A model generated the notes under the pieces. That model saw only the letters and a program-made list of their open reading frames with translations, did not search any database and was not told where the DNA came from. Below are positions 59,453-64,000 of a stretch of DNA of 64,000 bases, one piece after another (position 1 is the first letter of the stretch; each line of letters begins with the position of its first letter). A program made the translations under genes and the position numbers. The stretch is from Candidatus Levyibacteriota bacterium. GTDB taxonomy: Bacteria > Patescibacteriota > Microgenomatia > Levybacterales > UBA12049. Location: contig CAWBPM010000003.1 of the NCBI GenBank assembly GCA_963790825.1, positions 189,681-253,680 of the forward strand. Reading direction: 5' to 3'.

Positions 59453-61825
59453 TTAAATACCAGACAACAATACAGTTTTACTGCCAGTTTTATTATCCCG
59501 CCAATTTGGATCAGCCGCTTCACTTTCTGAATAACCAGGCTGGTTATTATAGTTAAGACTTCTATACTCTCTTCCATTATGGGTAAACGCATTTGTTCCT
59601 GGTCTGCGTGGAGTATTCTCAGGTTTACCACCGTTTCTCTTTATTCTATTCACTTCAATTTCTTTCCACTCAGGAGTTTCAGCCAATGTACGCAAAATTT
59701 CTTGTATTTCGCTCTGTTCATCTGCGTAGACTGCAATACGAGGATCTGTACTTGTTAGTTCGTTGTACTGACCAACATTATCAGGATTGGAAACGTATTG
59801 TGCCATATCAGCGGCATTACCATGTTTTGGATAAGTCATAACTAACCATTTAAAATCCGTATTTTTCCCTTCGGCTTTTCTTTGTTCTCCAATATGCATG
59901 AGGATATCCAAAGCTTTCGGCATATCTTCTGGTTCAATCATAGCGTATCCTCTATATAAATCATCGCTGTGTTTTTGCAGACTATCTCCATAGGTGACAT
60001 GCTGCCATAAGAACTTACCAGCAGTTAGAAAGCCGGGAGATATTTGAACTTCGCCATTTCTCTGCAATACTTGGAGCTCTTGCTGAGATTTAAGTAATGC
60101 TTCGTGTGTCGATTTTTGTAACTCAGTATCTTGTACATAGGGGAGTGGCGATGTTTCTTGTTTATCAGGTTCGGCAGTAGCGTAAATTAACTCATCCACA
60201 GGGACAGCTGTATTACTTCCTTTTATGAATACATAGTCGCGGCCATCCGGCCCCTTTCCCGCAAACCCAATTACTTCAACCGGTTGATCATAATTTTTAT
60301 TTTTCCAGGTAGCCTGACCGGGCTGAAATCCTGCAGACGGAGTTGCATCCGGTGTCTGAGGAGCTATTGGTTGTGTAGGAGGGTTATTTGCAAGTTGAAA
60401 CGCTTCTTGTTCTCTCACTATTTCATCCGGAAGAGCAGATAAATTAATAACCACTGCTTTACGCGTCACGCCCTTAACCTGTATTGTAAGTGGATGGAAT
60501 GCCTGTGGTGTGTCTATATCAATACCAAGTTGTACGACTATCCCTATGTTTCTCATTTGCTGTTGCCAATCTAATAACTTTGCTTTTTCTTCTGCGTGTT
60601 CCCTAAAGAATTTTATATTAGTTAAAAGTGGATATAATACTTTTAGTTTGTGTTCTGTTAAGTCCAGATTAATGACACCAGAAATCCATATTTCTTCTTC
60701 TTCCGGACCACCGACAATATGAATTTGTTCTGACCTGATTTGTCCAAGTATTTGGCTTAAGCTGGTCTCCCCATACTTATTATCACTCATAAACTTATCC
60801 AACTCGATCGGAAGCTTAAGTTCTTGTAATAAATTTGCACACTGCTGCTTATACTCATCGATATTTTCCGGATATTTCATTTCTTGCTCTTTTTGCTGAC
60901 CAGTGTCAGTATCCGGAGAAGCCGGTGGAGTTAGCGGCTGAGTCTGTGCCGGCTCTTGCGGGCGATTTTCCCAAAGAAGATTCAATAGCTCTTTTTCCCG
61001 ATCTGTTAAATTATTAATACGCAGAGTTCCATTATTGTCTGATCTTTCATTTACCTTATCTGTAAAAACGGCCAATGTTTTTTCGTCGTAGTCTATTCGA
61101 CATGTATCCACCAGATCTGTGATTATTTCAGATGAGTTATTGCCAAAAATTTTGCCGAGCCATAAGATACCTTCCATATCCTGCTGTAGCCGCTCAATAT
61201 CAATTTTTTTATCATCCAGTACATATTGATCCAATATGTCACGGACAAAATCTTCTATTCGTGATTTACCAGTCGCTTCGTCAAAATACTTTGCGTATAT
61301 GTTCTTTGCATCTTCTTCAGTAAAGTTTGTCGCATCAAATTTAAGTTTTTTATATAAGACGTTCCAGCTTTCGCCTTTGCCGCCGGGAGTAGCAAAGAAA
61401 TCTTTGTTGTTGGTAAAGATACTTTTTACTTCTTTTCGCCACGTTTCTTTTTGCCTTTCAAAATCGGTAATTCCTTCATTTCGCCAATAATTTCTTCTTT
61501 CTGCGTCTGATGTTCGATTGACTGTGGCGTATAGCCTTTCTGGCTCCCCTTCATGATCTAACTTGAGAGTTTCCGGACTAAGAGGATCTAAGTCAGTTTT
61601 ATTAGGATCTAGTGCTTCAACACCCATAAACAGGCGTGCTTGAAGACCGATGTTTGCCCTAAGAACAACTTCTTTTTCACGAGTTTCGAGAGTACCTTCC
61701 GGTTGGGTTATATCTACTTGTACTTCTCCGGCATCTGCAGATTCTCCTTGCGGTGCAGGCCTAAAAGGATCCGGTTGAGAATTATCTACTTGAGGTTCTG
61801 AGCTAAGAGCAGCTTCTGTTGGCAT
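59453..61825 (-). CDS. Large (790 aa) hypothetical protein; no TM or signal peptide recognised; Q/P-rich internal linkers
   Basis: Long uninterrupted ORF with moderate GC and coding-like composition. No motif I can assign. Confidence 0.5.
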   Translation of the reverse strand: MPTEAALSSEPQVDNSQPDPFRPAPQGESADAGEVQVDITQPEGTLETREKEVVLRANIGLQARLFMGVEALDPNKTDLDPLSPETLKLDHEGEPERLYATVNRTSDAERRNYWRNEGITDFERQKETWRKEVKSIFTNNKDFFATPGGKGESWNVLYKKLKFDATNFTEEDAKNIYAKYFDEATGKSRIEDFVRDILDQYVLDDKKIDIERLQQDMEGILWLGKIFGNNSSEIITDLVDTCRIDYDEKTLAVFTDKVNERSDNNGTLRINNLTDREKELLNLLWENRPQEPAQTQPLTPPASPDTDTGQQKEQEMKYPENIDEYKQQCANLLQELKLPIELDKFMSDNKYGETSLSQILGQIRSEQIHIVGGPEEEEIWISGVINLDLTEHKLKVLYPLLTNIKFFREHAEEKAKLLDWQQQMRNIGIVVQLGIDIDTPQAFHPLTIQVKGVTRKAVVINLSALPDEIVREQEAFQLANNPPTQPIAPQTPDATPSAGFQPGQATWKNKNYDQPVEVIGFAGKGPDGRDYVFIKGSNTAVPVDELIYATAEPDKQETSPLPYVQDTELQKSTHEALLKSQQELQVLQRNGEVQISPGFLTAGKFLWQHVTYGDSLQKHSDDLYRGYAMIEPEDMPKALDILMHIGEQRKAEGKNTDFKWLVMTYPKHGNAADMAQYVSNPDNVGQYNELTSTDPRIAVYADEQSEIQEILRTLAETPEWKEIEVNRIKRNGGKPENTPRRPGTNAFTHNGREYRSLNYNNQPGYSESEAADPNWRDNKTGSKTVLLSGI

Positions 61826-61842
61826 ATATCAATTGTAGCATT

Positions 61843-63537
61843 TTAAACTTCGATGACAACCGGTAGAACAAGCGGGCGGCGGCGGAGTTTTTTAAAGATA
61901 TGCTTACCCGCAGTGTCGCTAATTATTTTGCGGATATGTATCCAACTGCTGACATGACCTTTTCGCCGGGACATTATTTCCCGAATTTCCCGACTCAGCG
62001 TTTTCTTTAAACCCGCGGCTTCATTCGTAGAGAATCCTCTGCAGACGAGTTCCGGTTCCTGTATTACCTGACCATTTTCCGCGGCAATCTCAACCATCAG
62101 AATAACGATGCCGTCTTTTGCTAATTTTTCCCGGTCCCTCAGAACAAAGCTTTCTACTTCTTCTCCTGATATCTGGTCGACGTAGACATTTTTCGTCTCA
62201 ATCTTTTTGCCAAATTTGACTAGGTTTTTCGAGAAAATAACTTCCTGACCATTGGCAACAAGAAAAATATCTGAATCCTTGTAGCCTACTTTTTTCGCGA
62301 GTTTTTCATATGCGACCATCTGTTTATAATTTCCGCTGATGGGAAGGACATACTTCGATCTAACCAGGGACATCAAAAGCATTAAATCCCACGAAGACCC
62401 ATGTCCTGAAACGTGGAACGAGTCGGAAATTTGCGAATATAATACCCTTGCACCTCTTTTCGCAATCGCATCAATCAGTGAGTTAACGGATACTTCATTC
62501 CCGGGAATCGGATCCGAGGAAAAAATGACAACGTCCTGGGGGCTCAGTTTTATATCCTGATGCTCGCCATTTGCAATCCTGGTCATCGCTGAGTTTTCCT
62601 GTCCTTGACTTCCGGCAACCATTAACATAATTTGATTATCGTGATAGTTTTTTAAATCATTGATTTCTACCTCTGTTCCATCATGCATATGTAAATAACC
62701 CAGATCTTGCCCAATTGTTTTTGTCTTTATTAGCGATCTGCCAACGAAGCATACTTTCCGTTTGTATTTCTCCGCAGCCTGGATTGCTTGATTTAGACGT
62801 GAAAGGTTTGAAGAATAGGTTGTCACAATAAATTTTCCCGTGCAATCCCGCATTTCCCGATCAAAACTTTCAGACAGCGCTTCTTCTGACGGGGTATGCC
62901 CTGCTCGTTCCGCACCCAGACAGTCGGACATGAGACACAGTATATCGTTCTGTTCTGCCTGGACAATTTTTTCAAATTCTGTTTTTTTGCCGTCAGCCGG
63001 AGTAAGATCAAATTTAAAATCACTGCCATGATAGAAGCTTCCTGCCGGCGTTTTAATGATGATATTACTACTATCGGGAACAGAGTGAGTAATACGCAGA
63101 AAAGAAACAGTAAAGCTACCGATTTTTATATCGTTGCTGCCAAACGGCACGGAATTTATCTGGGAGGGAAGTTTAAAATCTTTCAATTTCTCGTTTGCCA
63201 AGGCTGCAGTTAAAGGAGTTGTAAATATGGGAAATTGGGGCAGTTGTGGCAAAATATAGGGCAGTGCTCCGATATGATCTTCATGACCATGTGTCAGAAG
63301 CATGCCGACAATTTTTTTCTTCGTAGTTAATAGATAACTAATATCCGGCAGTAATAAGTCAACTCCGAGCATTGTTTCGTCAGCAAATCCCAATCCGCAA
63401 TCGACAATCAGTATCTCCTCCCCATATTCATAGAGATACATATTCCGGGTTACCTGCTCGAGTCCCCCGAGCGGAATAAAAGAGACAGTAGGTTCCAGAG
63501 AATTTGTTATTGAAGAAATCGGGTTATTTTGATCCAT
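61843..63537 (-). CDS. rnj: Ribonuclease J-like enzyme (metallo-beta-lactamase/beta-CASP)
   Basis: LLTHGHEDHIGALPYIL (HxHxDH), beta-CASP motifs, C-terminal domain present. Confidence 0.85.
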   Translation of the reverse strand: MDQNNPISSITNSLEPTVSFIPLGGLEQVTRNMYLYEYGEEILIVDCGLGFADETMLGVDLLLPDISYLLTTKKKIVGMLLTHGHEDHIGALPYILPQLPQFPIFTTPLTAALANEKLKDFKLPSQINSVPFGSNDIKIGSFTVSFLRITHSVPDSSNIIIKTPAGSFYHGSDFKFDLTPADGKKTEFEKIVQAEQNDILCLMSDCLGAERAGHTPSEEALSESFDREMRDCTGKFIVTTYSSNLSRLNQAIQAAEKYKRKVCFVGRSLIKTKTIGQDLGYLHMHDGTEVEINDLKNYHDNQIMLMVAGSQGQENSAMTRIANGEHQDIKLSPQDVVIFSSDPIPGNEVSVNSLIDAIAKRGARVLYSQISDSFHVSGHGSSWDLMLLMSLVRSKYVLPISGNYKQMVAYEKLAKKVGYKDSDIFLVANGQEVIFSKNLVKFGKKIETKNVYVDQISGEEVESFVLRDREKLAKDGIVILMVEIAAENGQVIQEPELVCRGFSTNEAAGLKKTLSREIREIMSRRKGHVSSWIHIRKIISDTAGKHIFKKLRRRPLVLPVVIEV

Positions 63538-63635
63538 GGTTATTTTTCTATTTCACTTTCTGTCCAGAGCGAGGAAGCTCGTAAGTGCTTATGTTTATAG
63601 TATACACTTTCTTAGATAAGAAGACAAGAGCATAA

Positions 63636-64000
63636 CTACCACTCCGGCAGAAAATGTTTCATATTATCAGACGATATCGTTACTGTGGTTGCAGCTCCGG
63701 TCACGATCTGCATCGCTGCCTTCCTGCACATGTTGGAGAGAAGCCGGTCCAAACCTCGAACACCCGGATCGTATCCCAGAGGTCTAACTAACGGTGCCCA
63801 AACATCTTCGGTAATGGTAAGCTGTTCCGGCAACAGTCCTGTACTTTTCTTGGTTTTTGGTAATATATAATCTCTGCCGATGACGATTTTTTCTTCATCA
63901 CTGTAGGAGGGCATGTGAATAATTTCCAGACGATCCAACACAGCCGTAGCAACGCTATTAATATTATTTGCAGTAGCAACAAAAATCACATCCTGCAGAT
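63636..64000 (-). CDS. lon: Lon-like AAA+ ATPase, partial (5' end beyond window); terminates after the AAA+ module with no protease domain
   Basis: ...ATANNINSVATAVLDRLEIIHMPSYSDEEKIVIGRDYILPK...GVRGLDRLLSNMCRKAAMQIV aligns to the Lon AAA+ alpha-subdomain. A stop follows ...DNMKHFLPEW, where the protease domain should begin. Confidence 0.7.
   Translation of the reverse strand, partial: LQDVIFVATANNINSVATAVLDRLEIIHMPSYSDEEKIVIGRDYILPKTKKSTGLLPEQLTITEDVWAPLVRPLGYDPGVRGLDRLLSNMCRKAAMQIVTGAATTVTISSDNMKHFLPEW

Overview
The window is a low-GC bacterial chromosomal segment dense with housekeeping genes; several features (see below) suggest a reduced-genome, possibly CPR/Patescibacteria-like organism, but this is inference only. 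Housekeeping genes present: transketolase N-terminal domain, two metG copies, secA, serS, rpsT, murJ, groES-groEL, lepA, rpsL-rpsG, rpoB-rpoC, alaS, ftsK, an rnj-like ribonuclease and a Lon AAA+ fragment. The reduced-genome impression rests on leaderless mRNAs with a TGnTAnAAT -10 box 6-7 nt before the ATG, an AlaRS without a C-terminal domain, an AMP/thymidine-phosphorylase homolog, and many small membrane proteins of unknown function.

Findings worth attention:
- The last 8 codons of secA plus 39 nt of its 3' flank occur twice as a 64-bp direct repeat, at 5292-5355 and 18326-18389. The repeats bracket a roughly 13-kb lower-GC segment.
- That segment carries two divergent MetRS paralogs with different KMSKS variants. 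It also carries a very AT-rich operon (HisC/CobD-like PLP enzyme, amidohydrolase-2, GAD/CSAD-type PLP decarboxylase, Pol-beta nucleotidyltransferase, MetRS2) convergent with a fused ATP-sulfurylase/APS-kinase (PAPS synthase). I read this as a candidate horizontally acquired small-molecule island.
- Two identical 1085-bp IS copies, each with one 342-aa DDE/rve transposase, sit in direct orientation at 25930-27014 and 47190-48274. They bracket the rpoBC-rpsLG-lepA-groESL block.
- rpoC carries an apparent +1 frameshift inside the catalytic NADFDGDQM segment.
- The Lon homolog ends after its AAA+ module, with no room for a protease domain.
- A 19-aa poly-Lys ORF with a perfect Shine-Dalgarno sequence lies in the secA upstream region.
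- Smaller items: a degenerate CIRCE operator before groES; RelE/Phd and HicAB modules; a sortase with a candidate LAPTG substrate.

I found no tRNA, rRNA or CRISPR array.
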